Positions 62,712-64,000 of a DNA stretch of 64,000 nt are shown here, piece by piece; the first letter of the stretch is position 1, and each line of letters opens with the position of its first letter. The position numbers were made by a program, and so were the translations under genes. Source of the stretch: Nitrosopumilus sp. (lineage in GTDB: Archaea; Thermoproteota; Nitrososphaeria; Nitrososphaerales; Nitrosopumilaceae); contig OZ244650.1 in NCBI GenBank assembly GCA_965218785.1, forward strand, positions 1,472,001 through 1,536,000. Reading direction: 5' to 3'. The notes beneath the pieces were generated by a model. It saw only the letters and a list, made by a program, of their open reading frames with translations, had not been told where the DNA came from and made no database searches.

Positions 62712-62777
62712 TTCTGAATTGATGAAAGAAAGTCATTATTTATACTTTAATTGGCAGTGCCCGTTAGGTCCGGAGGA

Positions 62778-63017
62778 TTACCTATTGCCCTTTTTTTTCT
62801 TTCTTTTATCAGGTTCCTTTTGGATCTGTGTAAGAAAGATGAATACAAAAAATGCGCCAAGACTGATGTTTACCACACCCATAAAGGTGATAATCACAGT
62901 CATGGTAGGCGGGGCGACGACTAGACCGATTACCAGACCCATTGTACCGGTCGCAAAAAATAAAATCATTAATACTTTGACTCTAGTTGGCGCGATGTAT
63001 CTCAATAATGATATCAA
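62778..63017 (-). CDS. Small two-TM membrane protein
   Basis: Two hydrophobic helices and a basic tail. Confidence 0.7.
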   Translation of the reverse strand: MISLLRYIAPTRVKVLMILFFATGTMGLVIGLVVAPPTMTVIITFMGVVNISLGAFFVFIFLTQIQKEPDKRKKKKGNR

Positions 63018-63127
63018 AAGTAGACAATATTATAAGCTGACGGTTAGACCGGGCAGATCAGGTCAAGTTATGGCTTGCAAATAATCTTGGTAACATTTTA
63101 AACCTGAAAAATTTCATTGAATCTTGT

Positions 63128-63202
63128 GCCAATGTAGCTCAGCCTGGTTAGAGCAGCTGATTTGTAATCAGCAGGTCGTGGGTTCGGATCCCGTCATTGG
63201 CT
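63128..63202 (+). tRNA. tRNA-Thr(TGT)
   Basis: GCCAATG/CATTGGC acceptor stem; anticodon arm GCTGA-TTTGTAA-TCAGC. Confidence 0.95.
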
Positions 63203-63277
63203 CTTAATTTCTTAAAATCAGTCTAGCCACACATTTGACAATACAATTAAGTATGCTGGGATTTGGAACAGATTCAG

Positions 63278-64000
63278 ATGAGTTCTGATGATTTTGAATT
63301 AGATCAAAATATTGATGAAAAAATTGATGAAAAAATTGATGAAAATGCCGATAAAAATAATGATAAAAAAATATCTGTAAAAAAACCAATGTTTACCGGA
63401 TTGGTTATAGGACTAGTTGTAGCAGTTGGAGTTGCATCATTTTTTGCAGGATCATACACAAATCTAAACTCAAACCAGATTTCCAGTGAGGATTTGGAAA
63501 ATGCCATAGCCAGACTAGAACTTAAAATATTACAAAACCAACTGCCTACAGAACAGCCCAGACAGCCGGTAAAAGTTTCAATAGATGATGATCCTATTAT
63601 CGGAAACCCCGATGCGTTGATTACCATAATTGAATTTTCAGATTTTCAATGTCCATTCTGTGCACGATTCCACACTCAAACACTGCCATCAATTCTCGAG
63701 GAATACATAGATCAAGGTAAGGTAAAGCTGGTTTTCAGGGATTTTCCGATTCAAAGCATTCATCCAAATGCGTTACCTGCATCAGTTGCAGCAGAATGTG
63801 CAGATGAACAAAACAAATTCAGAGAAATGCACGACATATTATTTGAGAAGCAAAACGAATGGAGCAGGCAGGAAACTACGGATGCAATATCTTTGTTTAG
63901 TCAATATGCTTCTGAAATTGAGTTGGAACAAGACGCATTTGCATCCTGTCTTAACGATGTGAGGCAGGTTGATGAAATAAGAAAGGATCTTGATGATGGA
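63278..64000 (+). CDS. DsbA-family thioredoxin-fold protein, truncated by the window end
   Basis: Manual translation: TM anchor, DDDPIIGNPDA.ITIIEFSDFQCPFC, VFRDFP. Confidence 0.92.
   Translation, partial: MSSDDFELDQNIDEKIDEKIDENADKNNDKKISVKKPMFTGLVIGLVVAVGVASFFAGSYTNLNSNQISSEDLENAIARLELKILQNQLPTEQPRQPVKVSIDDDPIIGNPDALITIIEFSDFQCPFCARFHTQTLPSILEEYIDQGKVKLVFRDFPIQSIHPNALPASVAAECADEQNKFREMHDILFEKQNEWSRQETTDAISLFSQYASEIELEQDAFASCLNDVRQVDEIRKDLDDG

Overview
Chromosomal window from an ammonia-oxidising archaeon of the Nitrosopumilus / Nitrosopumilaceae type. This is inferred from the archaeal shikimate pathway (ADH synthase plus DHQ synthase II), L40e, a BHB-intron tRNA, DpsL and futalosine-pathway genes. 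The NHL-repeat surface proteins and many decayed genes suggest, but do not prove, a host-associated lineage such as a sponge symbiont. The core (about 9.7-45 kb and 57-64 kb) carries aquaporin, bcp, ubiD/mqnC, a nine-gene aromatic amino acid cluster, thiC, purN/folD/5-FTHF cyclo-ligase/purD, ileS, dpsL, sucCD, rpl40e, ppa, a HAMP-cyclase, pepF, pdaD, dsbA and three tRNAs. There are two accessory regions. The first (1-9.6 kb) lies next to the 3' end of tRNA-Arg and holds large secreted repeat proteins and pseudogenes. The second (45-57 kb) starts with a 3.4 kb element integrated in tRNA-Val, with a 20-bp att duplication, a dead integrase and a RelE-type TA pair, followed by IS remnants. Highlights: (i) a triple NHL-propeller protein with near-identical frameworks but hypervariable ligand-face residues; (ii) a non-coding GGCTC-array element present in both tRNA-associated islands; (iii) a candidate structured ncRNA between aroA and aroC; (iv) twin paralogs sharing a roughly 98.5% identical core and a GTLPKGF tail. 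No CRISPR-Cas genes or reverse transcriptase were seen.
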